Assembly: GCA_900768045.1 (NCBI GenBank)
Contig: CAAGBL010000095.1
Coordinates: 7,936 to 71,935 of the forward strand
Source of the DNA: an uncultured Alistipes sp.
GTDB taxonomy: Bacteria; Bacteroidota; Bacteroidia; Bacteroidales; Rikenellaceae
Reading direction: 5' to 3'
Length of the DNA stretch: 64,000 nt
Below are positions 1 to 10,835 of the stretch, in pieces. A program made the translations under genes and the position numbers. Under the pieces are notes generated by a model. That model made no database searches. It was not told where the DNA came from and saw only the letters and a program-made list of their open reading frames with translations. Within the stretch, counting starts at the first letter, position 1. The number at the start of each line of letters is the position of its first letter.

Positions 1-871
1 TTACTTTCAACGGGCTGCCATAAGTACCATTAGTGTACACATCTACTCTGGCTAAAACAATCCAGCCATAAAGTGTAGAGGGTGTTCCATAGCCAAGCAA
101 TACAAGGCACTCACGAGATACTATAATTTGGGTGCGAGCTTTGCCGTTTTCGTAAAAATACTTACCACTTGGGGCTTTCAAAATCACCTTACCCTCTGCG
201 ACTGTTGAATTCCACTTGTAGTTTACAAAGCGGATTATACGCCCACTATTGGAAGCTGACCAAGAAAAGTTATCTGATGTTATTACCCTTCCATCAGATT
301 CACTTGATGAGGTGATTGGCACAACAACATTATCGTTATTATCAAAAGTGGCAGCGGTTGAATCCCATAGCACGAATGGGGAGCGAAGTGTACCTTGAAC
401 ATTTACATCAGTCAATGAACTATTTTTTATTTCAGCCTCCTCGCATATCAGTTTACCTGTGCTATCAACCCTATAACGACCACTATTTGTTTCAATAGAG
501 CCATCAAGAGATAGTGATATTTCCCCGCTGGTATGCCTAATCTCGCCGTTATCAATTATCCAACCCTCTCCCCCGTTACCAACAAATGCGACCTTTGTGG
601 CAACAAGGTCAAAATTATTCTCTATATCCCATAGGCCATTATTATCGCTAACAGACGCATAAGGGTTGGTCATTGACGCACTTGTGTGCGTGGTAAGGCA
701 GCGATAGTATTGTCCTTCGTAATAGACAAAATCAATAAATGTTTCGCCCTCGCTACCTGCTAAATATCGGACCCTTACCTGCCACTGCCTAATGCGAGGT
801 ATTGCACCACGCTCACCCTTTTCGGGCTCTCGCTTATAGGCAATGCGAGTTATGTTTTTCAACTTTGTCAT
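1..871 (-). CDS. Phage tail tip/fibre-like protein, 3'-partial (not in ORF track)
   Basis: Manual translation from ATG at 871 (MTKLKNITRIAYKREPEKGERGAIPRIRQW...) stays open for 290 codons to the window edge. YYEGQYYRCLTTHTS...W motif; last visible gene of the tail operon. Confidence 0.75.
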   Translation of the reverse strand, partial: MTKLKNITRIAYKREPEKGERGAIPRIRQWQVRVRYLAGSEGETFIDFVYYEGQYYRCLTTHTSASMTNPYASVSDNNGLWDIENNFDLVATKVAFVGNGGEGWIIDNGEIRHTSGEISLSLDGSIETNSGRYRVDSTGKLICEEAEIKNSSLTDVNVQGTLRSPFVLWDSTAATFDNNDNVVVPITSSSESDGRVITSDNFSWSASNSGRIIRFVNYKWNSTVAEGKVILKAPSGKYFYENGKARTQIIVSRECLVLLGYGTPSTLYGWIVLARVDVYTNGTYGSPLKV

Positions 872-872
872 A

Positions 873-1916
873 CTACTCTGCGGTGATAATAAGTGTCAAA
901 TCTCCATTCGCCTGAATAGCGTGGGCAAGGGTTACAACAAACGAACTACCGCCGTCCTTCGAAGCAATCTCATCGCCTGAAGAGTTTGTGACAAGGTAGT
1001 TGAAGGTGTAGCCCGAAACCTCCTCCGAAGTACCACGCTTATATACTTTCGGAACATAGGTGATGCTCTGCTGTGCTGAGCCCAGCTCCTCTGGTACTGT
1101 ATTGCCCGCCCCGTCAGTAGGGTTCGGATAGATGATAAGCACATCGGTCTCATCTGCGACCTCAATAACAGCCTCGGCACTCTTGTCGCCGCTGGTTATC
1201 ACACATCGATACAATTCTTTGTTGTTGATAGCCGATGCTCCGATTGTTATTGACTGCCCTGTGTTGCCTGTGCTAACCCAGCCGTCAGTACCCGCCGACA
1301 CTTGCATCTTATACCACGCATATTTGACACCTGATGTCTTCTCGACACCGCCAACAAGCAGATGAGCCTTGGCGGTAAGCGAAGCCACATCGTCATCAAT
1401 GACACCGCCATTGTTAATAGCAATATAGGCAACATAAGCATCGCCCTCGGTCTGCTCGATAGCCACCTCAATCGAAGCCGACACAACCGTAGCAAAGCCC
1501 GTATTAACCACACCAGAGAACTCAATGCTGTCTGAGTCGATATTGTTAGCCGAAGCCAACTCTTTGCAGATGGTCAAGGTCGGGCAACCGAAGCCATCTA
1601 CACTCTTCCACTCCGAGTGGAATGTGCCCGCCGCAATACTACCCAGCGCAAGCGAATTGCCACTACCATCGAACTGAATCTCTACGGTGTTGTAGTACCA
1701 CTTGTAGCCAACCGTTTCAGGGGAGATACGCGATGCCGACAACGAGCTACGCACAACAGGATAGATGCACGGCTTATTAGTGGCAAAAGAGGGCGAAACA
1801 GCCCCGTTGCCGTTAGATATAAACTGTTTGAGGGGGAATGTACTACGGAGCCCGCAAGTTACCGTATCGCCCTGTTTTACATACTTAATAGTGGATATAC
1901 CTTTTACATTGCTCAT
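873..1916 (-). CDS. Phage tail-associated protein (Ig-like beta repeats)
   Basis: 347 aa in the tail operon; YKWYY / YAWYK...YRCVI Ig-like signatures. Confidence 0.7.
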   Translation of the reverse strand: MSNVKGISTIKYVKQGDTVTCGLRSTFPLKQFISNGNGAVSPSFATNKPCIYPVVRSSLSASRISPETVGYKWYYNTVEIQFDGSGNSLALGSIAAGTFHSEWKSVDGFGCPTLTICKELASANNIDSDSIEFSGVVNTGFATVVSASIEVAIEQTEGDAYVAYIAINNGGVIDDDVASLTAKAHLLVGGVEKTSGVKYAWYKMQVSAGTDGWVSTGNTGQSITIGASAINNKELYRCVITSGDKSAEAVIEVADETDVLIIYPNPTDGAGNTVPEELGSAQQSITYVPKVYKRGTSEEVSGYTFNYLVTNSSGDEIASKDGGSSFVVTLAHAIQANGDLTLIITAE

Positions 1917-1918
1917 AG

Positions 1919-2140
1919 CTATTCTGTTTTTTGAAGTTCTTGTTTTGCTTCGAGAGCCGTCAGCACCTTACCACTCAACGCCTCCACCTTCTGCTCAAAG
2001 GTATTACTCTCCGAGCCATAGGTCAGCAAGTCGCTCTCGTTGATTATAACATCGCCACTTGGCGTGTGGCGGCGTATCTTATCCAAGCCCAATGCTATTG
2101 CACTCACCAAAGGGATTTTTGCGTAGTTATATCTCTTCAT
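1919..2140 (-). CDS. Small phage tail-region protein
   Basis: 73 aa, tightly packed between tail genes. Confidence 0.65.
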   Translation of the reverse strand: MKRYNYAKIPLVSAIALGLDKIRRHTPSGDVIINESDLLTYGSESNTFEQKVEALSGKVLTALEAKQELQKTE

Positions 2141-2143
2141 TGC

Positions 2144-3304
2144 CTAAAATGTTATTACCGCATTGCTATCGCATAGAACCGTATCACCATCAGCCATCGC
2201 ACCGAGAGCTGCGAACTCTTCAACCTCCAAACCGACATCAGCACCATCAGCAAACTCATCGGCGGGGATATAGATACTTTCGCCAAATCCGAGGTGCTGC
2301 CACTCGGCACCATATACAGCTCGTTTTATCGACCAGCGAATTGTAAAGTGTTCCGCTGGGTGTTCCAAGACCTCACGACCAATGGTTACAACACACTCGT
2401 TCTTGACAACTTCGGCACCTGCTGCCACATCGACACCGCCATGCACAAAGTTCTCAAAGTCGTAGTTCGGGTACCTGCGAGCGATAACTGTCTCGGCAGT
2501 TAGGCACTCGGCTGTCGGGCTGTTCGGGAGCGACTCCGCTGCCAATACATACTCCGCCTTGCAGATGAGGTGCATTGCCCCGTCAATATATCGTGGGTCT
2601 ATGGTCAGGGTGTTGCTGTTCTGTCCCGACTCATAGAACAGATCCTCACCCTCATCGATGAGGCTCTCCACTCCGCCCTCAACCTTATACCACCAATAGC
2701 GGACTTTGTAGGCAGCATCAGGAACAACCCCACCTATACGGAGTGTAGCAACTACGCTACGGGTACCGCTATCTGATATCGGGTTAAAGCCCCACGATGC
2801 GGGCTTATCAAGCGAGAGCGTGGCGGGCAATACTACGGAGCTGGTCGATAGTGTTGCTGTTGCGTGGATACGCAGTATCTTGCCATCGCGAGGATCTGCG
2901 TAATTACCCGTAAACACCAACACGACAGGCGACAGATAGGGAACATTGGTCGATACGGTCAATGTTCCATCCTCGGCAACCGAATAGCCTTGTGTTCCTG
3001 CTGTGATAACATAGTGTGCGAGCTCTTTGCTCAAATAGGACTCATCGACAATCGTGTCTGCGATATCCTTTGGTAAAGCATACCAAAGCACACCTGACAG
3101 TCGGACATACCCGCTTGTCAATACTCCATTTGGATCTTGGATATAGACCTGTGGAACGATGACTAACGGGGTCAGTTCTCTATCAGGAACGAACTCCGAG
3201 CGCTCGGCGCAGTGAGTCTGTGAGAGACTGCCACCACGCACCAGAAGCGAAGCGGAGATATTAAGTGGGTCGTAAATGACACCTATGCGTTTTACCTTTT
3301 TCAT
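2144..3304 (-). CDS. Phage tail-associated protein
   Basis: 386 aa, beta-rich, YWWYK...LICKAEY Ig-like motif; position in the tail operon. Confidence 0.7.
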   Translation of the reverse strand: MKKVKRIGVIYDPLNISASLLVRGGSLSQTHCAERSEFVPDRELTPLVIVPQVYIQDPNGVLTSGYVRLSGVLWYALPKDIADTIVDESYLSKELAHYVITAGTQGYSVAEDGTLTVSTNVPYLSPVVLVFTGNYADPRDGKILRIHATATLSTSSVVLPATLSLDKPASWGFNPISDSGTRSVVATLRIGGVVPDAAYKVRYWWYKVEGGVESLIDEGEDLFYESGQNSNTLTIDPRYIDGAMHLICKAEYVLAAESLPNSPTAECLTAETVIARRYPNYDFENFVHGGVDVAAGAEVVKNECVVTIGREVLEHPAEHFTIRWSIKRAVYGAEWQHLGFGESIYIPADEFADGADVGLEVEEFAALGAMADGDTVLCDSNAVITF

Positions 3305-3338
3305 ATAGCGTTCAAATGTCTTTCAAATGGCGTTAAAA
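3300..3338. repeat. Phased TTTGAA array 1 (11-bp period)
   Basis: TTCATA 3300, TTCAAA 3311, TTCAAA 3322, TTAAAA 3333. Confidence 0.7.
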
Positions 3339-4904
3339 TGCTACTTGAGCGCTGACCGACTCCGCCCCATCACGCACATAAGCTGTGCAGATAAAGCGAC
3401 CAGAGAGCGCAGCCAAATCCTCGTTGGTCAAAGTAACCGAGTTACTACACCCAGCGTGGTCAGTGTTCCATATTGTATCCGAGGCGACATCACCCGTCTC
3501 GCGAGTCCACGACCAATCTCCAACAAGGATATCGGCTGTGATATCCGTAACGCCTCGTTTTACCTTTGCAGTAAGGGTGGTCGATAGTTGCCCCACAAGG
3601 AAGGTCTCCCCATCGGTACTCTCAATGTCAAGCGTGAGAGTTGTATCACCAGCGACAAGTAGCCAATCGGTAGAGTCGTAGCGAGGCTCGGCAGTGGTAC
3701 CCTCAACAATGCAGCGGTACTTGCACGAGTTGTGATATACTTCGTCTTGGTATTGAGCGTTGCACTGATAAGGGTTTGTAACAGCATCAATGGCGCTCCA
3801 CAAACCTCGGTCTCGAACTGTGCGAATAACCTCATTATCCTTGTCTATCTGGAAGAAGTTTTTGGCTATGACATTATCCAGATAAATCGAAGCTCGCCCC
3901 GATACAGGGTTGTTCTCTGGAAGCAGAGCTTCGGGAACACTACCAATAACGACCTTATAGTGTTTCGGCTCGATGATATATTGGTCCACACCCGAAAGCA
4001 ACGATATACGCTGCTCCGAAGATGAGAAGTATTGGCTCTGCTGTCTCTCCTCGTTGGTAAAGTTACCATAACGAGCGATGTTCATATAGGCAGTAGGCGC
4101 ACAGTTCACGCCTCCGGGCACAGCTTCATCATCACCCAGCACTACACGAATCGTCTTGGCTGTCTGATTGACCGACACGACACGAAAGTACGAGGTTATG
4201 AAGCCTCCGTTCTTGTTGTAGTGTCCCTTGCATATATCATCAACCTGCAACTCGATGTTGTCGCCGTCCTCGATATCCATCGTAAGCACAAACGCAGTAT
4301 CGCTACCAGCATCAGGTTCAACCTTGGCGATGGTACCGCCCTCGGTATTCCACATCTCGCCACCTGTAACCTGCACCTTGTTGTAAATAAGCGTTGGCAC
4401 CTTCAAGAACGAGCGCAGCGTCAGCGAGGTCATCTCTGCGTTACCCTCTTTGTCAATAGCTGCACCTGTTCCCGTTTCAATGCCCGATATAAAATTCGGG
4501 GTACGAAACTCCGAAGCAATAACCTTCAAGAACTGTACGATGTCGCCTGTGCGGAGTGCTTGGTCAAGGTAGTCAGCAAACTGCTGACCGTCCCATTTAT
4601 CAGCATTATCTGCTTCTTTGGCGTGGCTAGCCTCATCCGCAAATCCAGCCTTAACTTTCTCTTCCTTGGAGTCATCAGCGCCATCAGGTTTATACTTCAA
4701 ATAGAGATAACCTTCGGCATCCATAGATTGGGCATCGAGCGTGGTCTTGTTGGCGTGGGTATGACCATCGCCATCACCAATAACAGTGACTGCACTGCTA
4801 CCCCCTCCACTTTCGCTACCATTAACACCTCGCCCACGAAGGCGTTTGCTTCGTGGGAGTGCCTCATAGGTGCGTGTAACAACGCTAAATTGTTTCAGTG
4901 CCAT
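3333..4904 (-). CDS. Phage minor tail protein
   Basis: 523 aa downstream of the tape measure module; GHTHANK motif; C-terminal WSWTRETGD...FICTA Ig-like module. Confidence 0.7.
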   Translation of the reverse strand: MALKQFSVVTRTYEALPRSKRLRGRGVNGSESGGGSSAVTVIGDGDGHTHANKTTLDAQSMDAEGYLYLKYKPDGADDSKEEKVKAGFADEASHAKEADNADKWDGQQFADYLDQALRTGDIVQFLKVIASEFRTPNFISGIETGTGAAIDKEGNAEMTSLTLRSFLKVPTLIYNKVQVTGGEMWNTEGGTIAKVEPDAGSDTAFVLTMDIEDGDNIELQVDDICKGHYNKNGGFITSYFRVVSVNQTAKTIRVVLGDDEAVPGGVNCAPTAYMNIARYGNFTNEERQQSQYFSSSEQRISLLSGVDQYIIEPKHYKVVIGSVPEALLPENNPVSGRASIYLDNVIAKNFFQIDKDNEVIRTVRDRGLWSAIDAVTNPYQCNAQYQDEVYHNSCKYRCIVEGTTAEPRYDSTDWLLVAGDTTLTLDIESTDGETFLVGQLSTTLTAKVKRGVTDITADILVGDWSWTRETGDVASDTIWNTDHAGCSNSVTLTNEDLAALSGRFICTAYVRDGAESVSAQVAF

Positions 4905-4908
4905 ATCT

Positions 4909-7050
4909 CTATTTGTATTCTATTCCGTCATAACAGTCGGCAACAAACTCCGACATTAGTATCTCACTTGTATCCTGCATTAGGTCTTGTACCTCCGAGA
5001 GCATTATATACTTACCTGACGAGGAAGCATCGGTTAGAACTTTCATCTCGGGCAATATTCGCACACTACCAGATAATGTATTGTGGCGAGTAGCATATTG
5101 GCTATATACCGTACCAATTAGCAGGTGCTCAAGACGGCGAGTCTCACACCGGGTACCATCTGCCCTTTTCGCACGAGTAAACTTATCGCACGGGGAATAG
5201 CCTTGCAAAATAAGCCCACGAGCCGAAGGACAGTAACAGGATTCAAGAGTTCCGATTATTGTTTCAATCTCCAAATCCTCCTTGGCGGATACATTTACCC
5301 ACGCCGTATCTTCGACATCCTCGACATTAACAGTTGTACCATTTTTATTGACAAGGCGAACAATCGGGTTTTTATACATAAGCCAACGAGCTTGTGAGTA
5401 TATATCCTTTGTTTCACGCTTGTAGTCAAATTGATGCACACCACTACCAATCTGTAATTCCAAAAATCCGCTTGTTGGAGGCAAATCAATATACTCCCCG
5501 TCCTCCATTGTATTCCACTTTTTAGGCAGGTCACCACGATAGTATCCACACATCATTTTGTTCGTCTGCCAGCCACCAAAGCCTGATGCGTTTTTGCGAT
5601 TACTTTTATCGTAATAAGCAAGATACATATCGCCCCACTCGCCAGCACCTTCAACCCATCGGCTGTTACTACTATCGTGCTTATATCCGCTTGACAGCAT
5701 TATCTCATTATTCTTGTAGTGGTACAATATGTTGCCCTCTGCATCTTTGAGATAGAGCATAACAGGAATATAACCGTGATTACACCAATCTTGCATATTT
5801 TGGTGATGTCCAGACTCATTTGAGCCAGATGCCGATTCAAATGGGTTGTAACGGGTATCAAACAGCACATCAAGATTGATTCGTAGCTGATACGAAGTAC
5901 GCTTATATGACGAGTACCCGAGGAAAGCCTGTTTTGTGGTTATGATGGGTACCGATTGACATTTACCTGTCGAGGTGTTGAATACTCTCGGAAAGTAATT
6001 CTTGCCATATATCGTGTTGTAATAGGATTTGTTATTACCCTTACGAGCCCAAATAACACCTGCCTCATCATTACCACTGTATATCTCATCTATACGGAAA
6101 AATTGTACTCCATTAGATAGGGTTAATGGCAACCCGTCCTGCGTACCCATCGCTATTTTGAAGCCATCGGCTGCATTATTCCAATCGGCATCCATCAAGT
6201 ATAGTTCCCCCGTTTTATCGGGTAGCACATTCTCGTGTTTCAACTCCCCATTTATGAGTTCTGCATCAGCATACGGGGAGAAGGTAACCTTAACATTGTT
6301 ATACACCTCATCAACGCCGAGCTGGGCATCGGTACCATCCCAATATACCTCCTCGGTTGGCATATCAGAATGGATTGCGTTGAGGTCATAGAGATATATC
6401 TTACCTCCCTTCTGAACCATACGAAGGGCAAACGGGCGTAGTGTTTCATCTAAAACCTCTCGCATAGTCATTGCTTCCCCCTCCTCATCGTAGAAGTTAT
6501 CGCAAAGCACATTCAGTCTTGACAAGTCGATAACTGAATTCACATATTGGTATTCAGAAGTGCTGATATATTTTACCAACTCTGTGTAGTTGATACCACT
6601 ATTTTCAAGGCAAGTATCTATGACCTCTTGAATAGATATAACCCCCGTTTTATTCCACTTCTTACGGTCAAGGGGGGCAAAATCCGAGAATGAAAATGAG
6701 ACTTCGTAGTCCTTCTTCTCGGAATATGGCTCCTCGTACAATTCAGGGTCAAGAGTCCCTGACCAATACAAGTTTCCCTCTCGATAGACATCAACACGAA
6801 CTTTCCCCACCTCAATAGCATACAAATCTATAAATTGGCGGTCCTTTTCACTAATGAGCGATAGAGTCAAGCACGCACCTTGCACAGGTTCGAGCTTATC
6901 AACCTCATTCCATTCCATCTCCACAGGAGTGTCGTGGGGGAAGTATACTCTCTGAGCTGTATATGACATATCGTCAGAGAGTATCTCCACACGATATAAA
7001 GTCCCCGCCACACTGCGAAACTCGCCCCAATATATAATTCGTTTTGCCAT
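4909..7050 (-). CDS. Phage tail protein (baseplate hub/distal tail candidate)
   Basis: 713 aa directly after the tape measure gene; LYWSGTLDPELYEEPY...FSDF motif typical of Bacteroidetes phage tail proteins. Confidence 0.7.
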   Translation of the reverse strand: MAKRIIYWGEFRSVAGTLYRVEILSDDMSYTAQRVYFPHDTPVEMEWNEVDKLEPVQGACLTLSLISEKDRQFIDLYAIEVGKVRVDVYREGNLYWSGTLDPELYEEPYSEKKDYEVSFSFSDFAPLDRKKWNKTGVISIQEVIDTCLENSGINYTELVKYISTSEYQYVNSVIDLSRLNVLCDNFYDEEGEAMTMREVLDETLRPFALRMVQKGGKIYLYDLNAIHSDMPTEEVYWDGTDAQLGVDEVYNNVKVTFSPYADAELINGELKHENVLPDKTGELYLMDADWNNAADGFKIAMGTQDGLPLTLSNGVQFFRIDEIYSGNDEAGVIWARKGNNKSYYNTIYGKNYFPRVFNTSTGKCQSVPIITTKQAFLGYSSYKRTSYQLRINLDVLFDTRYNPFESASGSNESGHHQNMQDWCNHGYIPVMLYLKDAEGNILYHYKNNEIMLSSGYKHDSSNSRWVEGAGEWGDMYLAYYDKSNRKNASGFGGWQTNKMMCGYYRGDLPKKWNTMEDGEYIDLPPTSGFLELQIGSGVHQFDYKRETKDIYSQARWLMYKNPIVRLVNKNGTTVNVEDVEDTAWVNVSAKEDLEIETIIGTLESCYCPSARGLILQGYSPCDKFTRAKRADGTRCETRRLEHLLIGTVYSQYATRHNTLSGSVRILPEMKVLTDASSSGKYIMLSEVQDLMQDTSEILMSEFVADCYDGIEYK

Positions 7051-10000
7051 TATTTTGTTCTATTACGAGTCTTATTGGTTTTGTTCAAAAGGCCCACAAG
7101 AGTGCGTCCCTCAATACGGAATACCACATCATCATAGACTCCACCTGCGGGTTCTATCAACGAGCGCAGCTTATTCAATGGAGCTACGACCTCAGGGTTG
7201 TTCTGGGCTCCTGAATACTCACCGAATAAACCGAGAGTAGGACCGTAAGCTATACCACCATCAGCGAACTTCGGCAAGCCGAGCATAATGCCCACCATCG
7301 CCGCAATCATTCCTGCTCCGATAGCGATACCAGCCCAAGGAATACCAGCGTGGGCACTCATCGTCTTGGCAGCAGCTTCCGCAACATAAGCAGTGGTAGC
7401 AGTAGTAGCTGCTGCTGTTTCAGCCGCAGAGGTCGCCACCGCAGTAGTAGCACCAGCGACCTGTGCTGCAGTAGCGGTTACAGTTGCTGCCGTTTCCGCA
7501 CCTTTGGCTGCGGTTCTCGCCCCTGATGCTACGGCACTACCTGTAATTGCAGCAGTTTCTGCTGTATAGGCTGCAGTCTCTGTAACAACTGCTGCCGTAG
7601 TAGAGGCAGCGGTGGTCGCCTTTGCTGTACCATCGGCAATGGTCGCAGTAGTTGATGTTGCAGTAGATGCAGCTTCCGCAGCTTTGGCTGCTGACAACGC
7701 TTGTGATGCAGTTACAAGCGTTTCAATCATACCAACTACGGAGCTGATACCATCGTATATCTGGAACATTCCATCAATAACGGCAACGGTCTTCTCCCAA
7801 GCGGTACCATTACCCTGTAATGCTGAGGTTATGCCCTCAATACCATTACCGATACCCTTAACAGCACCCCACGCATCTCGAAGCGATAAGCTGCTTCTCT
7901 CCAATTGCCCCTCATAGCCTCGCCAAGTGGTTATCAAACCCTCCACCTGCTTGCGTTGCTCATCATTGAGGGGGTTGTTAGTATCATCAAGCATCGCCTG
8001 AAGGTTGCGTATCTGATCACGCACTCCCTCCAAACCGATAAGTTCTAATTCAAGTTTCAGCGTTCTGCGGTCTAACCCGCCCAAATTTGCTACATCCTGC
8101 TGCATCGCTGGAATATCCAGCTTGCGGGACATAGCTGCCTGTTTAGCCTCTATTGCCGCAATGGTCGCCTGTATCTGGGCACGCTCCGACTCATTAGCCG
8201 TCTGCAACTTTGCCTGATAATGATTGAGAGCAGCCTCCAACTTATCGAAGGTATCCAGCTTCTTCAAGTCGCTGAAATCGGCATCTGAAGACAATCCAAC
8301 AGAATAAGCACTTTGTAAAGTTCTTAAAGCATCAATAGTCTCTTGAAGTGCTTTGCGTTGCTTACCATCGGTTGCTTTATTAAGCATCTGCTCATATAGG
8401 GACAACGCCAATGATAAATCATCAAAACTATCATACTTCAAAGGCAACGATAACAAGGCAATACTATCCTCAACCTCAGCTTTTTTCGCTTTGTATTGAT
8501 TTATTGTAGATACTATTTGGGCACGCTCCGACTCATTGGCCGTCTTCAATCGTTGCTCGTAGTGATTAATAATCGCATCAAAATCTGCGAGAGAAGTAGG
8601 ATTTGATGGGAGCCCCAATGCCGCCAGCTCTTCATTGATTGTATCAAGTTTTTGCTGCCAGACATTGATGTCCTTCTGAATGTTGGTACGCTCTTCTGCA
8701 GAGGCTTCTTTCAATGCTACACGAAGATCCTGCAATTTCTTTTCTATTTCGGCTATGCTACCAGCCTTCGGAGGGATATCCTCCTGTGTACTTCCACCAC
8801 CAGACGAGGAAAGGCCCATACTCTCCCATATAGCAGCAAATTTGGCATCTTGCTCCTTAGCAATAGCAATATATTTATCACCCGCCTCAATTTCTTTTTG
8901 AGCAGCTTCCTCATATACATCTCCTCTTGCTTGCACTCTTGCCATTACGGCTCTTTCGCCAATAGCCTTTTGTTCTGCCCAATTCCCTTTTGCTGCTTCT
9001 AATTGTGCCATAGAGCCCGCCCCCTGAAGTTGAACTCGGCGAGCTTCCATTTGTGCAGGGAAGATAGCGTCACGATCTTCATCTGTAACCGTGCGAGCTT
9101 CACCCGCAAGCATCATATTTTCGATAGCGGCCTTATATCGTTGGGCTGCCAACTCCATTGCAGCAGCCGCCATTGCCTTATGCTTCAACGACTGAATGAA
9201 GGCACTTTCGTTGTTTACAAGGAGATTCTCTGCATCACGAGCATTGGTAATAGACACTCCCAAGTTCTCAAATGCAGTCTGATTATCCTTGATAAACTTC
9301 TGCTGTTTGCGGGCATCGTTACCAACCGCAGTCCAGCCATTCTGCAACTTGCGGAATTCAAGAAGTTGAGAAGCTACGCTATTGGCAACTGATGAGCGTA
9401 TAGAGTTCATATTGTCCTCCTGTGCCTTTGTTGCCGCTTCTTGTGCTTCCTTTTCTTCTCGTTTCTTGCTTACAAATCGGTCAATGGCGGATATCACCGT
9501 TCCAATGATAACAGATGCACCCAAAGTGGCTGCCGCCATAAACGCCTTGGCTGCGACAGTCGAAACGCCGAGCGATACAGTTAGCTTTGTTTGGGCTACT
9601 CTCCACAATTCCGTAACCTTACGCACTGTTACGATGCGGAATGCGGAGGTAGCGTGAAGAGTATTTGCTACCTGTTGCATACCCATCATAATAGCCATAA
9701 CAGATTGCATCTTCGCCTGTACCTCCATTAAACGCTCGTTATCCTTTGTAAATAACGATATAACGCCGGAGCCAGCCGAGTACAAGCCCATCAAGCCCTG
9801 CATACCAGATATGAGACCTCCCCATTGTGTGGCACCTGTGGAGAGGGCAAGTTGTTCCGTCTGGAGTTCTCGGTATGCAGTTCCGAGTTGCTCCATCTTG
9901 GCACGCATCTCGTCATATTCAGCAGTGTTGGATTTACCCTCCATACGCAAACGAGCCATCTCATTGCGTAAATTCATCAGCTGGGTACGAACAGATGTGA

Positions 10001-10505
10001 CACTGTTCTTATACTGCGATTGAGCTTGTTCCATCGCTGCCAAAGCCTGACGCTCACCATCTAACTCTGCACGCAGGGTGTCTGCCTTCCCCGCATATTG
10101 TTTTTTTGCATAAGTCGTGGGCGCACTATCACGCTTAGCAACCATCTCTCTATACTCCTTTTCAAGGTCTTTGACAACCTTACGCTGTATAGATAGCTGT
10201 TGCTGTAAATTGGCTGTGCCATTCTGTACTTCAGACGAAATAGTGTCGAATGCCTCCCTATACGCCGAAGCCGTGCCACTCATCGCTTTGGTCGCTCCGG
10301 ACTCAACAGTTTGGAACGCCTGTGCATTTTGCTTTGCGAGGGCGGATACAGCTGCCCCCTGTGCTGTAAATTCTTTGGTCGCAGCACCAACAGCACCCGA
10401 GGTTGCAGACTGCATAGCACGCACCTCCGAAACTATCTTGGACGCAATACCCGAAACGGAATCACGACCACGAAAGTCAATCTCGTATGTTACTTTCTTT
10501 GCCAT
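7050..10505 (-). CDS. Tail tape measure protein (start corrected to MAKKVTYEIDF, 1151 aa)
   Basis: Long helical Ala-rich protein with hydrophobic segments, internal TANESERAQI repeat and C-terminal FADGGI..GPT...GE...NPEVVAPL motif; follows the chaperone genes. Confidence 0.9.
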   Translation of the reverse strand: MAKKVTYEIDFRGRDSVSGIASKIVSEVRAMQSATSGAVGAATKEFTAQGAAVSALAKQNAQAFQTVESGATKAMSGTASAYREAFDTISSEVQNGTANLQQQLSIQRKVVKDLEKEYREMVAKRDSAPTTYAKKQYAGKADTLRAELDGERQALAAMEQAQSQYKNSVTSVRTQLMNLRNEMARLRMEGKSNTAEYDEMRAKMEQLGTAYRELQTEQLALSTGATQWGGLISGMQGLMGLYSAGSGVISLFTKDNERLMEVQAKMQSVMAIMMGMQQVANTLHATSAFRIVTVRKVTELWRVAQTKLTVSLGVSTVAAKAFMAAATLGASVIIGTVISAIDRFVSKKREEKEAQEAATKAQEDNMNSIRSSVANSVASQLLEFRKLQNGWTAVGNDARKQQKFIKDNQTAFENLGVSITNARDAENLLVNNESAFIQSLKHKAMAAAAMELAAQRYKAAIENMMLAGEARTVTDEDRDAIFPAQMEARRVQLQGAGSMAQLEAAKGNWAEQKAIGERAVMARVQARGDVYEEAAQKEIEAGDKYIAIAKEQDAKFAAIWESMGLSSSGGGSTQEDIPPKAGSIAEIEKKLQDLRVALKEASAEERTNIQKDINVWQQKLDTINEELAALGLPSNPTSLADFDAIINHYEQRLKTANESERAQIVSTINQYKAKKAEVEDSIALLSLPLKYDSFDDLSLALSLYEQMLNKATDGKQRKALQETIDALRTLQSAYSVGLSSDADFSDLKKLDTFDKLEAALNHYQAKLQTANESERAQIQATIAAIEAKQAAMSRKLDIPAMQQDVANLGGLDRRTLKLELELIGLEGVRDQIRNLQAMLDDTNNPLNDEQRKQVEGLITTWRGYEGQLERSSLSLRDAWGAVKGIGNGIEGITSALQGNGTAWEKTVAVIDGMFQIYDGISSVVGMIETLVTASQALSAAKAAEAASTATSTTATIADGTAKATTAASTTAAVVTETAAYTAETAAITGSAVASGARTAAKGAETAATVTATAAQVAGATTAVATSAAETAAATTATTAYVAEAAAKTMSAHAGIPWAGIAIGAGMIAAMVGIMLGLPKFADGGIAYGPTLGLFGEYSGAQNNPEVVAPLNKLRSLIEPAGGVYDDVVFRIEGRTLVGLLNKTNKTRNRTK

Positions 10506-10815
10506 TAGACCAAAGTTTATCGTAGTATTCAAGTTCACGAAGCGACTCCTCACGCTCCGCCTTTGTCATCTTCTTTTTAGGTTTGTTGGGCTTATCCCAA
10601 GGGAATGGTAGAATGTCGGTTGGTTTGAGGTTTTTCTTTTTGGAGTAAGGCTTCAACACCGCCCACATTATAGATCTCGTTTGCTCCCAACCAGCCTTAA
10701 CCTTGTTATCCTGCTCGGCTCGCCATTCTGCGTAGATGGCATCAAATTGCGCTGGGGTAAGGGCTGAAAAGTCGTCTATCGACAAGCCCATACACCCAAC
10801 AGCAATTCCCAACAA
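10477..10815 (-). CDS. Tail assembly chaperone GT-like C-terminal part, reached by -1 frameshift
   Basis: TTG-only start; frame is open from the slippery site at 10842-10848; PTDILPFPWD motif. Confidence 0.8.
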   Translation of the reverse strand: MLGIAVGCMGLSIDDFSALTPAQFDAIYAEWRAEQDNKVKAGWEQTRSIMWAVLKPYSKKKNLKPTDILPFPWDKPNKPKKKMTKAEREESLRELEYYDKLWSNGKESNIRD

Positions 10816-10835
10816 TTTATCAATCGAGACAGGAT

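Noticed and set aside
4032..5093. 353-aa plus-strand ORF (and 13552-14406)
   Set aside because: Antisense shadows of tail and capsid genes, with no motifs.
1..7050. Diversity-generating retroelement or invertible tail-fibre segment, as found in some Bacteroidales Mu-like phages
   Set aside because: No reverse transcriptase, invertase or TR/VR pair seen in the window; one could lie beyond the left edge.
7360..7720. Ala/Thr low-complexity GCA/GTA-rich tract as a repeat element
   Set aside because: Coding low-complexity segment of the tape measure protein.
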